Numbered from the stretch's first letter, positions 1 to 10,068 are shown. The stretch: 56,967 bases of DNA from an uncultured Gemmatimonadota bacterium (GCA_964576115.1 CAZNUA010000004.1:1-56967); one strand, 5' to 3'. Notes: generated by a model not told the origin, from the sequence alone. Program-made: numbers and translations.

Positions 1-638
1 ATTGAATTGGCGATATAGGGGGGCATCCGCCCCTCCACGATATCGGTCTTGACAGCGACCATGTCGAGGATATCGGTTCGCGGCGCGGGCGGTTCGCCGA
101 AAGAAGAGTGGGGGGAGCCGTCGGGAGTCAGCACCTGGACCAGGTGATCGAACTGGAAACCGCCCCGGGCGAGGTAGATGCGGCCCCCGGGATCGAGGCC
201 CGCGCCTCCGGCCGGCTGCTCGGCGGTTCCCGGTCTGAACATGCTCCCGTACTCCCCCCGGGAACCGAAACGCTGGATCCGGTTGGAACCGAAATCCCAC
301 ACTCCCACCGAATCGGGCCAGGTCAGAAAGAGGGTGGGGCGGCTGAATTCTCCCGGTCCTTCGCCCGAGCGCCCGACCCGGCGCACGAACTCACCGGCGC
401 GGGTGAAGAGAGCCAGGTCGTCGGACCGGACATCGATCACCCAGACCAGATCGCCGTGCACCACGATATCCACCGGGCCGGCCAGCAGGCTCATCGTGTC
501 GGCCTCGTCAGCGGCGAAGCGGTCGACCTCGGTCCAGGTCACCTCCCCGATCGGGTCGGGACCGCCGGCACAGGCGGAAAGACAGATGAGAAAGAGAAGA
601 GCGTATGGAATAGGTATGTTGCGGGATCGGGATATCAT
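1..638 (-). CDS. 6-bladed beta-propeller / NHL-repeat lipoprotein, partial (runs off the window start)
   Basis: Not in the ORF track because there is no stop in the window. Manual translation from the ATG at 638 gives MISRSRNIPIPYALLFLICLSAC (lipobox LSAC) ... VRRVGRSGEGPGEFSRP ... VWDFGSNRIQRF, which are NHL-type motifs. AGGAG lies upstream. Confidence 0.8.
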   Translation of the reverse strand, partial: MISRSRNIPIPYALLFLICLSACAGGPDPIGEVTWTEVDRFAADEADTMSLLAGPVDIVVHGDLVWVIDVRSDDLALFTRAGEFVRRVGRSGEGPGEFSRPTLFLTWPDSVGVWDFGSNRIQRFGSRGEYGSMFRPGTAEQPAGGAGLDPGGRIYLARGGFQFDHLVQVLTPDGSPHSSFGEPPAPRTDILDMVAVKTDIVEGRMPPYIANS

Positions 639-799
639 CTCGGGTGCCTTTCTCCTGTTTGCCGTGCCCCTGCCGGGATTCCTCTCGGGCTGCGTTATCT
701 CATTGCCTTCAACGAGGCCGGTCCGGCGGCGGTTGGACCGAATCTGAAAATTACCCGGCAACCATTTCTGCTGTCACACCGTTATTATAGATGGTTGTC

Positions 800-812
800 C
801 CATATATGGAGG
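800..812 (+). promoter_or_regulatory. Palindrome CCATATATGG overlapping the padR RBS (GGAGG); candidate PadR auto-operator
   Basis: Perfect 10-bp palindrome at 800-809 directly before the ATG at 821. The operator role is inference. Confidence 0.35.
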
Positions 813-820
813 TCTCATTG

Positions 821-1153
821 ATGCTGAATCAGGAACTGAAGAAGGGAAGTGCCGAGCTGCTGCTCCTCTCCCTGCTCGAACACGAGCCCCGCCACGGGTA
901 CGAACTGGCCAAGCAGATCGAACAGCTCTCCGAGGGAGTGCTGAGCTTTTATCCCGCCTCGCTCTATCCGACTCTCTACCGGCTGGAGAAGCGGGGCTGG
1001 ATCAAGGGGCGCTGGGTCGAGGAACCGGGTCAGCGCCGGCGGCGGTTTTACCGGCTGACCGAGAAGGGCGCGGACGTTCTGGCCAGCCAGCGGGCCACCT
1101 GGGAGAAGTTCGCCGCGGCGGTGGATCGCATCGCCGGGCTCAGTCAGGCCTGA
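821..1153 (+). CDS. PadR-family transcriptional regulator (type associated with ADOP permeases)
   Basis: LKKGSAELLLLSLL...HGYEL...ASLYPTLYRLEKRGWI...RRRFYRLTEKG motifs; GGAGG RBS before the ATG at 821. Confidence 0.95.
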   Translation: MLNQELKKGSAELLLLSLLEHEPRHGYELAKQIEQLSEGVLSFYPASLYPTLYRLEKRGWIKGRWVEEPGQRRRRFYRLTEKGADVLASQRATWEKFAAAVDRIAGLSQA

Positions 1154-1169
1154 CGCCATGTTCAATGAC

Positions 1170-3908
1170 ATGCCTGAATTCACCCGCCACGTCCGCGAAC
1201 AACTGGGCCCGCTGCCCCTCGCGCCCGAGCGTGAGGCCGAGATCGTCGAGGAGATCGCCGGGCACATCCGGGGCGGCTTCGAGGAGGCCCGCCGGCGGGG
1301 GGTGCCCGAAGACGAAGCCCTGGCCCTGGCCGAGGAGCCCTTCGTGCCGTGGGCGGACCTGCGGGCCCGGATTGCTGAATCCGAACGCACCCTCGGCACC
1401 GAAGCCGCCCGTCTCGAGCGGGGCATCGACGACTATCTCATCGTAAAGAGAAAGGGAGCCGGAGGCCGGCTGGCGGGACTCATCTCCGATCTCTGGCAGG
1501 ACCTGCGGTTCGCGGTGCGCTCCTTCCGGCGGCGGCCGGTGTTCACGGTCGTAGCCGTGCTGACCCTCGGACTGGGGATCGGGGCCACGACGACGATGTA
1601 CAGCGTTATCGATGGGGTGCTACTGCGCCAGCTGCCCTTCGATGATTCCGGTGAACTCATCACTCTCTGGCGGACCCAGCCCCAGTGGCGAAACAATGAG
1701 CTGCTCGGCCCGAAATGGGACAGGATCGGCTTCTACTGGCAGGACTATCAGTCATATGTCGAGAACAGCCGCCTCTTTGAGCATATGGCGATCCATCATC
1801 CCGCCGAGGTTCTGCTCACCGGTGAGGGACAGCCGGACCGGCTCATGGCCGGGGTAACGACAGCCTCGCTCTTCCCTCTGCTCGGCATACGACCTCAGCT
1901 TGGACGGGTCTTCACGGCTGAGGAGGAAGGAGACGGAGCCTCTCACGTCGCGATCCTGAGCGGTGAGACCTGGACGAGTCGTTTTGGATCAGATCCGTCC
2001 ATTGTCGGCCGGACGATCATGCTCGATGAGCAGCCGTTCGAAGTGATCGGGGTGCTGCCTGCGGGGATACGACTCTACAGCTCACTCTATCCGCTCGAAA
2101 TCGGCGGTATCGATACCGGCCGGAGAGATCTCTGGGTCCCGGTCGGGTTCGACAGCTGGGACATTCTGAATCTGAATCACAATCTGGAATTCATCGGACG
2201 GCCGGTTGCCGAAGCGTCCCCGATACAAATAAGGCAGGAAGCCCTGGGGATCCTGACAGCAGAGGAGTCTTGGCCTCCGGAGACTGATGTCCGTCTCGGT
2301 ACTCTGCGGGATGAGTTCACCCGGGGAATGAGATCACCGCTTGTGCTGCTGCTTGGTGCGGCCGGCATCATGCTCCTGGTGGCCTGCGGAAATGTCGCCA
2401 ATCTCCTTATGAGTGAAGCAGTCGGGCGCCGGCGGGAAATCTCGACCAGACTCACCCTGGGAGCGGGAACACCTCGTATAGTGCGACAGATGCTCGCCGA
2501 GAGCATCGCTCTCGGTGTGGCGGGGAGTCTCATAGGGGTGGTCTTCGCCTTTTTGGGAATCCGGGCGGTGATGGTTATCGGCCCCTACCTGCCACGGATC
2601 GAGAATGTGAGCGTGGATGGGGGAGTAATGCTCCTGACGATGGCGGTGGGTATCGTGACCGGGATTATCTACGGCCTAGCACCAGCTCTTCTGTCAGCCC
2701 GGCGATCGATGGATCCGAAGTGGAGCCGGATGGGGCGGACGATCACCGGGGGCGCCGGCAGGTTCCAGCGGACCGTCATGATGCTGGAAATCGCCTTGAC
2801 CGCCGTCCTGCTCGTGTCGGGCGGCTTGCTGGCACGTACCCTTCTGAATCTGCGTCAGACCGATCCCGGGTTCACAGTTGAGGGATTGACGGCGGTACAC
2901 ATTGATGTTCTCCCGGAGAGGTACAAGACCGAAGAACAGATCATTCCCCTCGCGGCGGAGGTACTGCGGAGCCTCGAGGCCGTTCCGGGTGTCAACCAGG
3001 TGAGCGGAATCGATTACCTGCCTTTCCCGGGGACGTTGTCGGGTCAACCGATACGCCTGGTCGATGAGCAGGAGTTTGTCAGGGCACGCTGCCGGATCGT
3101 CTTCCCGCACTATCACGAAATCATGGGTATCCGGCTGCTGGCGGGTCGCGTGTTCTCGGCCTCTGACGGACCGGGGGATGACCCCGTCGTCGTTATCAGC
3201 GCCAGCCTGGCCCGGAGCATGTGGCCCGATTCCAATCCGATCGGAAACGCGATCTGGCACTTCGGCACGGTCCGGACGGTCATCGGTGTCGTGGATGACA
3301 TCACCGAAGGCTGGCTGGGGGAAGAGACCCGACCGATGTTCTACCTGCCCTACGCCCAGCTCGTCAGGCGGGATATGAACATCCTGGTGAAAACGAGCGG
3401 GGATCCCGCTGCCATCATCCCCCGGCTCCGGGAAGCGGTCTGGGCGGTCGATCCCGATATTCCCGTGACGCAGGAGACCACCCTCGCCTCGCTGGTGGCC
3501 GAATCGACCAGCAGCGAGCGTTACCGTACGCTCCTGATCGTGTGTTTCGCTGTCATCTCGACCCTGCTTGCGGCAGTCGGTATCTTCGGCATCACGGCGC
3601 GGAATATTACCGCCCGCGCCCGCGAGATGGGTGTGCGCCTGGCCGTCGGGGCGCGGGTGCAGGATCTGGTGGGGATGATGCTGCGGCAGACTCTGCAGAC
3701 CGGCCTGGCAGGGGTGACCCTCGGGCTGCTGGGCGCGGTCTGGTCCGGCCGGCTGCTGGCCGGCTTCCTCTTCGGCGTCGAACCATGGGATCCGGTTACT
3801 TATGCGGGAGTTGCGCTGGTGCTACTGGCCGTTTGCCTGACGGCGACGTACATCTCCACCCGGCGAATCGCCGAGGTCGATCCGGTGATCGTGCTGAGGG
3901 CGGAGTGA
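1170..3908 (+). CDS. ABC transporter permease, ADOP/duplicated MacB-FtsX type, copy 1
   Basis: N-terminal permease-prefix region, WQDLRFAVRS, two MacB periplasmic + FtsX halves, ACGNVANLL, C-terminal VDPVIVLRAE. Start may be 1158. Confidence 0.92.
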   Translation: MPEFTRHVREQLGPLPLAPEREAEIVEEIAGHIRGGFEEARRRGVPEDEALALAEEPFVPWADLRARIAESERTLGTEAARLERGIDDYLIVKRKGAGGRLAGLISDLWQDLRFAVRSFRRRPVFTVVAVLTLGLGIGATTTMYSVIDGVLLRQLPFDDSGELITLWRTQPQWRNNELLGPKWDRIGFYWQDYQSYVENSRLFEHMAIHHPAEVLLTGEGQPDRLMAGVTTASLFPLLGIRPQLGRVFTAEEEGDGASHVAILSGETWTSRFGSDPSIVGRTIMLDEQPFEVIGVLPAGIRLYSSLYPLEIGGIDTGRRDLWVPVGFDSWDILNLNHNLEFIGRPVAEASPIQIRQEALGILTAEESWPPETDVRLGTLRDEFTRGMRSPLVLLLGAAGIMLLVACGNVANLLMSEAVGRRREISTRLTLGAGTPRIVRQMLAESIALGVAGSLIGVVFAFLGIRAVMVIGPYLPRIENVSVDGGVMLLTMAVGIVTGIIYGLAPALLSARRSMDPKWSRMGRTITGGAGRFQRTVMMLEIALTAVLLVSGGLLARTLLNLRQTDPGFTVEGLTAVHIDVLPERYKTEEQIIPLAAEVLRSLEAVPGVNQVSGIDYLPFPGTLSGQPIRLVDEQEFVRARCRIVFPHYHEIMGIRLLAGRVFSASDGPGDDPVVVISASLARSMWPDSNPIGNAIWHFGTVRTVIGVVDDITEGWLGEETRPMFYLPYAQLVRRDMNILVKTSGDPAAIIPRLREAVWAVDPDIPVTQETTLASLVAESTSSERYRTLLIVCFAVISTLLAAVGIFGITARNITARAREMGVRLAVGARVQDLVGMMLRQTLQTGLAGVTLGLLGAVWSGRLLAGFLFGVEPWDPVTYAGVALVLLAVCLTATYISTRRIAEVDPVIVLRAE

Positions 3909-3958
3909 GTGTGATGAAACAACACCTGCTCATCCAGAGAGGGGCCTGAGAGGATTCC

Positions 3959-6703
3959 ATGCCTGACTTCACCCGCTACGTCCGCGAGAAACTGGGCCCT
4001 CTGCCTCTGGCACCCGGGCGTGAGGCCGAGATCGTCGAGGAGATCGCAGAACACATTCGAGTTGGCTACGAAGGTGCCCGCCGGCGGGGGATGACGGAGG
4101 AGGAAGCGCTGGAGCTGGCCGAGCAGCCCTTTGTGCCGTGGGAGGCTCTGCGCACCCAGATCGCTGAATCCGAGTGCACCCTCGGCACTGAAGCCGCCCG
4201 GCTCGAGCGGGGCATCGACGACTATCTCATCGCCAAGAGAAAGGGAGCCGGGGGGCGTCTGGCGGGACTGGTCGCTGATCTCTGGCAGGACCTGCGGTTC
4301 GCGGTGCGCAGTTTCCGGCGGCGGCCCGGCTTCACCTCGGTGGCAGTCGTGACCATCGCCCTGGGGATCGGCGTCACGACCCTGATGTTCAGCGTGGTGA
4401 ACGGCGTGCTGCTGCAGCCGCTGCCCTATCCGGATTCCGACCGCCTGGTCAGGGTGTACCAGACGAATCCGGAGTGGCTTGAGTCCGATAATCCGAGCTT
4501 GCGATCGTGGTGGGACTCCTTCCCCGTTTCATATCCGGTCTTTCAAGATTGGAATGAACTCGACACACCCTTTGAGAACCTTGGCGTCTATGCCGACATC
4601 CAATACACGATTACGGGAGGCAATCAACCGGAACTCATCGATGGTCTGCAGATATCCTCGGGTGTCTTCTCAGCACTGGGCGTGAATCCCCTGCACGGAC
4701 GCTTTCTATTACCCCCGGATGATGAGTTCGGTGCCCCCGCGCTGGTGGTTCTCAGCCACAGCCTCTGGCAGGGACGTTACGGGGGCGATCCGGCCATCGT
4801 CGGGCAGACAGTCGTCATGAGCGAGACGCCCCACCTCATCGTCGGTATCATGCCGCGGGATTTTTCCTTCGGTGGTGATATCGATCTCTGGACAACCCTC
4901 ACCGATGAACAGAAGCAATGGCCGCGTGGATCACAGTTCCTGGCGGCCATCGCCCGATTGACTGATGGAACATCTCTTGGCCGGGCGCAACAGGAGATGG
5001 AGGTGATCTCGGCTCGTATCACGGAACTCTATCCCGATGAACACGGCTTTGGAGTACGTCTGGTTTCCTACAAGGACCTGATCGTCGGCAGTGCCCGGCC
5101 GGCCCTGATAATGATCCTGTGCGCCGTCGGGCTTCTGCTCCTCATCGCCGGTGCCAACACGGCCAATCTGCTGCTGGTGCGCACGGTCGAACGCCGTCGG
5201 GAGCTGACCGTACGCATGGTTCTCGGTGCCGGTCGGAGGCGGCTGGCAGCTCACCTGATCGGAGAGAGTGTCCTGCTCTCCGCGGCCGGGGGAGCAGTGG
5301 GGTGCCTGTTCGCTTTTACCGGCCTCAAGCCGTTTCTGGCCCTGCTGCCGGCCTCGCTCCCCCGGGCAACTGAAATCCTGGTTGATCATCGGGTGCTGAT
5401 CTTTTCTGTAGTCCTCTCGCTCCTGATAGGTCTGGGTACCGGGATCATCCCCTCCCTGGGCACCGGGCGGTTCCGTTTTTCACGGATCCTTCATGGCGGT
5501 GGTCGTCACCAGACCGGGGATCGTCGCCACCACCGCCTGCAGTCGATCCTGACCGTCTCGGAAATCACGCTGACGTTCGTTATGCTGTCGACCGCCGGAA
5601 TGCTCATGCAGAGTCTGCATAACCTCACGACGGTCAATCCCGGATTCTCAGCCGAACACCGACTCATCATGCAGATGGACCTGCCCGAGACGAGGTACGA
5701 TTCCACGGACCGGATACTCGCTTTCCAGAACCGCCTTGCCGAACAGCTGGCCGCAATTCCCGGAATAGTGGACGTGGCCGGTACCGGCCGCATGCCGTAT
5801 GCCGATGGTACCTGGGCGGGAAGTGTCACCATCGACGCCGGGGGTAGACTGGAAGAATCCAACGTCGATCGCAGTATCGTTACCTCTTCATTCTTCTCGG
5901 TGATGGGTATCCCCGTTACGGTCGGTCGAACCTTCACCTCCGAAGATCTGGATGCCCATGCGCAGGTCGTAGTGGTCAACGAGGCTCTGGCCCGGCGTTA
6001 CTGGCCCGGTCAGGAAGCAATCGGGAAACGACTGAAGACAGGCAGAATAGATAACGATTATCCCTGGCTGACTGTCATCGGTGTCGTCGGCGATGTCGCC
6101 TATCAGGGACTCGACACCGAACCGCGTCCCACCATGTACTGGCACTATCGTCAGAGAGCGGTGGAAGACCAGACCGTCGTTCTGCGGGTGAACGGTGCCA
6201 CAACAGGTATCTTTGAGGCAGCGCAGGGAGCAGTCTGGGAGATCGATCCCGACCTGCCGATCAGCAGGATCAGCTGGCTGGAGGATCTTCTCTCGACCTC
6301 GATCGCACCGGAGCGTTTCCGTTCTTTACTTCTCAGCACTCTGGCCGGTCTGGCTGTTCTCATCGCCGCGGTGGGGCTCTTCGGGGTTCTGGCCTATACC
6401 GTGGCCCAGAGTACGCGTGATATCGGCATCCGGATGGCCCTGGGAGCCGGGACCAGGGAAGTCATGTCGCTGGTCTTCGGGCGGACCGGGGCCATGATCG
6501 GCTCAGGGCTCGCTATAGGTCTCGTCATCTACCTGATCATCGCCCGGGTGCTGGAGAGCTTCCTCTTCAAGATTTCACCGACCGATCCACCGACCCTGAT
6601 CGCGGTAGCACTGGTACTGACGGGCGTGGCCCTGGCGGCGGTCTTCGTGCCGGCCCGCCGGGCGGCCCGGATCGATCCGGTCGAGGTCATGCGGGGGGAG
6701 TAA
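3959..6703 (+). CDS. ABC transporter permease, ADOP type, copy 2
   Basis: Same architecture: VNGVLLQPLPYPDSDRLV, AGANTANLLL, DIGIRMALGA, RAARIDPVEVMRGE. Confidence 0.92.
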   Translation: MPDFTRYVREKLGPLPLAPGREAEIVEEIAEHIRVGYEGARRRGMTEEEALELAEQPFVPWEALRTQIAESECTLGTEAARLERGIDDYLIAKRKGAGGRLAGLVADLWQDLRFAVRSFRRRPGFTSVAVVTIALGIGVTTLMFSVVNGVLLQPLPYPDSDRLVRVYQTNPEWLESDNPSLRSWWDSFPVSYPVFQDWNELDTPFENLGVYADIQYTITGGNQPELIDGLQISSGVFSALGVNPLHGRFLLPPDDEFGAPALVVLSHSLWQGRYGGDPAIVGQTVVMSETPHLIVGIMPRDFSFGGDIDLWTTLTDEQKQWPRGSQFLAAIARLTDGTSLGRAQQEMEVISARITELYPDEHGFGVRLVSYKDLIVGSARPALIMILCAVGLLLLIAGANTANLLLVRTVERRRELTVRMVLGAGRRRLAAHLIGESVLLSAAGGAVGCLFAFTGLKPFLALLPASLPRATEILVDHRVLIFSVVLSLLIGLGTGIIPSLGTGRFRFSRILHGGGRHQTGDRRHHRLQSILTVSEITLTFVMLSTAGMLMQSLHNLTTVNPGFSAEHRLIMQMDLPETRYDSTDRILAFQNRLAEQLAAIPGIVDVAGTGRMPYADGTWAGSVTIDAGGRLEESNVDRSIVTSSFFSVMGIPVTVGRTFTSEDLDAHAQVVVVNEALARRYWPGQEAIGKRLKTGRIDNDYPWLTVIGVVGDVAYQGLDTEPRPTMYWHYRQRAVEDQTVVLRVNGATTGIFEAAQGAVWEIDPDLPISRISWLEDLLSTSIAPERFRSLLLSTLAGLAVLIAAVGLFGVLAYTVAQSTRDIGIRMALGAGTREVMSLVFGRTGAMIGSGLAIGLVIYLIIARVLESFLFKISPTDPPTLIAVALVLTGVALAAVFVPARRAARIDPVEVMRGE

Positions 6704-6751
6704 AAAAAGTGGAGATGATCACCCCATCCGATGAGAGGAAAGACGTTCTTC

Positions 6752-9532
6752 ATGTCTGACTTCACCCGCCACGTCCGTGACAAACTGGGCTTCTTGCCCC
6801 TGACGCCCGAGCGCGAAGCCGAGATCGTCGAGGAGATCGCCGGGCACATCCGGGTTGCCTTCGAGGCGGCTCGCCGGCGAGGGGTTGGGGAGGATGACGC
6901 TCTGGAGCTGGCCGAGCAGCCCTTCGTGCCGTGGGATGCTCTCCGGGAGCAGATTGCTGAATCCGAACGCACCCTCGGTACCGAGGCGGCCCGGTTCGAG
7001 CGGGGAATCGACGACTATCTCATCGCAAAGAAAAAGGGAGCCGGAGGGCGCCTGGCGGGCCTGGTGGCCGATTTCTGGCACGACCTGCGTTTCGCGGTGC
7101 GGTCTTTTCGCCGGCAGCCGGGCTTTGCGATTCCGGCGATCGTGACGCTCACCCTGGCCATCGGGGCCACGACCGCGATCTTCAGCCTGGTGAACGGGAT
7201 CCTCCTGACGCCGTTGCCCTATGAAGATCCCGAACGTCTCGTCGCCCTGCAGTACGAACCCGTCAGTGCCACCGCCAGGCAATCCTGGCTGGGCATGGAC
7301 GCCCGCAGTCAGAACCACTACCGGTACAACGTGAGCTATCCGAGTTTCGAGAGCTGGTGTCTGTCCACCGCCGATGTTTTCGACGGGATTGCCGCCTACG
7401 ATGATACCTGGAGCTACACCGTCGGCTTCGGAGATGGATCGGAACGTCTGCCCGGGGCGTGGGTGTCGGCCGGCATTTTCTCCCTGCTCGGTGTGGAGCC
7501 GGTCCTCGGGCGCGCTTTTGCCGCAGATGAGGATACGCCGGGGAGCACTCCGGTCGTGATCCTCAGCCACCGCCTGTGGCAGCGCAAGTTCGCCGGAAGC
7601 AGGGAGGTCATCGGCCAGGTGCTCCCCGTGGGAGGGGAACCGCACACCATCATCGGTGTGCTGCCCGCCGGATTCGGTTTCCCCGGGCCCGAGGTCGAGT
7701 TCTGGCGGACGATGGCCGATGTCACGCGGGAATACAGCTCCACCAACTACGAAGTCGTGGCCCGCCTGCAGCCGGAGATAACCCGGAAAGAGGCGGATGT
7801 CCTGCTCGCCGGACGGCGGGAGACCCGGCCCGGCCGGGAGGGTGTCGCCGAGGAGTGGGGCTGCAGCGTGCTCCCGTTGCGGTCCTACATCGTCGGTGAC
7901 ACGAGCCGGTTACTGCTGATCTTCCTTGCCGCGGCCCTGGCTGTACTTCTCATCGCCGGTGTGAATGTCGTCAATCTGATGCTCAGCCGGGCCACCAGCA
8001 GCGAGCAGGAGTACTTCGTCCGATCCGCCCTGGGAGCGGGGCGTCGCCGGCTCCTCAGGCAGCAGCTGGCCGAAAGTCTGCTGGTGAGCGTCACCAGCGG
8101 CCTCCTCGGACTCGGTCTGGCGGTCTTTCTGACCCGGTTCCTGATCATCTTCAGCCCGAGTTCGATCCCTCGCCTCGATCTGGTCGGTATCGACGCCGGC
8201 GTCCTGGGATTCACGTTCACGGCATCGGTTGTCATGGGGCTGACAATCGGTCTCCTGCCGGCTCTGCGTACCGCACGGGCCAATCTGGCCGGCGGTCGAC
8301 ACACCGGCGGGTTGCGTCTCCGCCCCGGCTCCCGGCATCAGCGGGCCTTTCACGGGCTCGTGATCGTTCAGATCTGCCTGGCGCTGATCCTGCTGGTTGC
8401 AGCCGGACTCTTCCTGAAGAGCTTCGCCGGGATGCTCTCGGTCGAACGTGGTTTCGATTCCCGTCACGTCCTGACCTTCGAGACCTCGCCGCCACGATCG
8501 CAGTATCCGACCTTCGAGGATCACGTGCGGTATTACGACGAGATGCTCGCCGGTCTGCAGAACCTGCCGGGCGTCAGTTCGGCAGCGATCGCGCCCTACC
8601 TGCCGGGGACCGAATGGTTCCATACCGGGGATTTCGCGACGCCGGGTTACGAACCCTCCCCCGGTGAGGAACTCGTGGCCGAGTTCAAGGAGGTGTCCCC
8701 CGGGTACTTCGCCGCGCTCGGGATCGGCCTGCTCGCCGGCCGTCTCTTCGATGAGAGCGTCGAGGTGGGAGAGCGGACGGTGGTGGTGATCAATGAGGAA
8801 ATGGCCCGCCGGTACTGGCCTGACGGGGATGTTGTCGGTTCGGATCTGATCCTCAGCCCGGGAGAGGACGACGAACGCCGGGTCACCGTCGTCGGGATCG
8901 TCAACGACGTGCGGGTGCGGTTCGGAGGGCGGATTCGCGGTGACGAGGAGAAGCTGCAGATCTACGTGCCCTTCTCTGTCTGGGGGCGGCGTCGTTCGAT
9001 GGACGTGCTCATCCGGGTCGAGGGAGATCCTGTTGCGCTGGTACCGGCGGTACGTCAGGTCCTGGCGGCGATCGACCCGGGGGTGACCGTGTTCGATTTC
9101 ACGACCCTCGAAACCCTGCTCTCCCGGCGGGTCGCCACCCCGCGCTTCCGCGCCTTCCTGATCGGAGCCTTCGGGCTGGTGGCGCTGATCCTGGCGGTGG
9201 TGGGTGTGTATGGGGTCATGGCCTTCGCCGTGGCCCGACGCACCCGCGAGATGGGCATCCGGAAAGCGATCGGGGCCCGGGAAGGACAGATCATGCAGGA
9301 GGTGTTCAGGCGGGGGCTGGTTCTGACCCTGTTCGGGCTCGGAGTCGGTCTGGCGGGCGCCTGGATCGTCGCCACCCTGCTGGAGAGCTACCTCTATGAA
9401 CTCACGGCGCACGATCCGGTCGCCTTCGTCCTCAGCACGCTGGTGCTGACTCTCAGCGCTCTGCTGGCCTGCCTTCTGCCGGCCCGGCGGGCCGCCCGGG
9501 TCGATCCGGTGATCGCCCTGCGGGAGGAGTAG
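6752..9532 (+). CDS. ABC transporter permease, ADOP type, copy 3
   Basis: Same architecture: LVNGILLTPLPYEDPERLV, REMGIRKAIGA, RAARVDPVIALREE. Start chosen by alignment with copies 1 and 2. Confidence 0.92.
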   Translation: MSDFTRHVRDKLGFLPLTPEREAEIVEEIAGHIRVAFEAARRRGVGEDDALELAEQPFVPWDALREQIAESERTLGTEAARFERGIDDYLIAKKKGAGGRLAGLVADFWHDLRFAVRSFRRQPGFAIPAIVTLTLAIGATTAIFSLVNGILLTPLPYEDPERLVALQYEPVSATARQSWLGMDARSQNHYRYNVSYPSFESWCLSTADVFDGIAAYDDTWSYTVGFGDGSERLPGAWVSAGIFSLLGVEPVLGRAFAADEDTPGSTPVVILSHRLWQRKFAGSREVIGQVLPVGGEPHTIIGVLPAGFGFPGPEVEFWRTMADVTREYSSTNYEVVARLQPEITRKEADVLLAGRRETRPGREGVAEEWGCSVLPLRSYIVGDTSRLLLIFLAAALAVLLIAGVNVVNLMLSRATSSEQEYFVRSALGAGRRRLLRQQLAESLLVSVTSGLLGLGLAVFLTRFLIIFSPSSIPRLDLVGIDAGVLGFTFTASVVMGLTIGLLPALRTARANLAGGRHTGGLRLRPGSRHQRAFHGLVIVQICLALILLVAAGLFLKSFAGMLSVERGFDSRHVLTFETSPPRSQYPTFEDHVRYYDEMLAGLQNLPGVSSAAIAPYLPGTEWFHTGDFATPGYEPSPGEELVAEFKEVSPGYFAALGIGLLAGRLFDESVEVGERTVVVINEEMARRYWPDGDVVGSDLILSPGEDDERRVTVVGIVNDVRVRFGGRIRGDEEKLQIYVPFSVWGRRRSMDVLIRVEGDPVALVPAVRQVLAAIDPGVTVFDFTTLETLLSRRVATPRFRAFLIGAFGLVALILAVVGVYGVMAFAVARRTREMGIRKAIGAREGQIMQEVFRRGLVLTLFGLGVGLAGAWIVATLLESYLYELTAHDPVAFVLSTLVLTLSALLACLLPARRAARVDPVIALREE

Positions 9533-9570
9533 GGGACTTCCGAGGGGGAAAACGGGCGCAATATTGGCGG

Positions 9571-9599
9571 TTGACTTTCGCCCCTTCTTCGCCTATCAT
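9571..9599 (+). promoter_or_regulatory. Sigma70-type promoter TTGACT-N17-TATCAT
   Basis: Near-consensus hexamers with 17-bp spacing, 83 nt before the ATG at 9682. Confidence 0.6.
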
Positions 9600-9681
9600 C
9601 GTCCGCAGATGGCGGGTCTTTTTTTCGGCTCTCGTCATTCGCCTTTTTTTCGCCCCAGGCGAGAGTTACGGGAGGGGTGCG

Positions 9682-10068
9682 ATGAGCGCGGGATCAGCAC
9701 CGGAGCGGGGGGCCGTGGTGCCCCTCACACCGGCCGAAGCGGCGCAGGTACAGCATGAACTGGCGGGCGATCAGGCGGCCGGGTTCTTCCGGGTCGCGGG
9801 TGCCGTTCCGGGAGCGAACGACCTGCCTCCCCTGCACCGGGGAGACACCCTGGTGACCCTGCGCGACGCCCGGCCCAACGAGGGGGATTTGCTGGTCGTC
9901 CGGCTGGTCGGCAACGGCTGGCAGCTCGGGCGGAGTTGCCGGGGAGGCACCTGGTGCCTGCTGGCCGGTGGCGGGGCGGTTCCGCTCTTTGCGGCCGACG
10001 GCGACATCAGCGTACTCGGGGTCGTGGTGGGGGTGATCCGTAAACTGCCGGCCGGGGACCGGGGGTGA
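9682..10068 (+). CDS. Degenerate LexA/UmuD C-terminal (peptidase S24-like) fold protein lacking the catalytic Ser/Lys
   Basis: FFRVAG...LHRGDTLV....PNEGDLLVVRL...VLGVVVGVIRK aligns by eye with the LexA C-terminal domain. The Ser-Met site reads A-V-P and the TVKR site reads QLGR. GGAGG RBS; 128 aa. Confidence 0.65.
   Translation: MSAGSAPERGAVVPLTPAEAAQVQHELAGDQAAGFFRVAGAVPGANDLPPLHRGDTLVTLRDARPNEGDLLVVRLVGNGWQLGRSCRGGTWCLLAGGGAVPLFAADGDISVLGVVVGVIRKLPAGDRG

Larger units (their letters stand above)
1170..7175 (+). repeat. Three ~370-420 bp direct repeats (about 1170-1590, 3959-4380, 6752-7175) forming the 5' ends of the three permeases
   Basis: Long shared runs such as gccgagatcgtcgaggagatcgc, gctgaatccga and atcgacgactatctcatcg sit at the same offsets in all three copies. 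Confidence 0.9.

Noticed and set aside
108-821. Plus-strand ORFs 108-821 and 178-747
   Set aside because: Shadows of the minus-strand beta-propeller lipoprotein (638 to the window start), which has recognisable motifs, a lipobox and an RBS.
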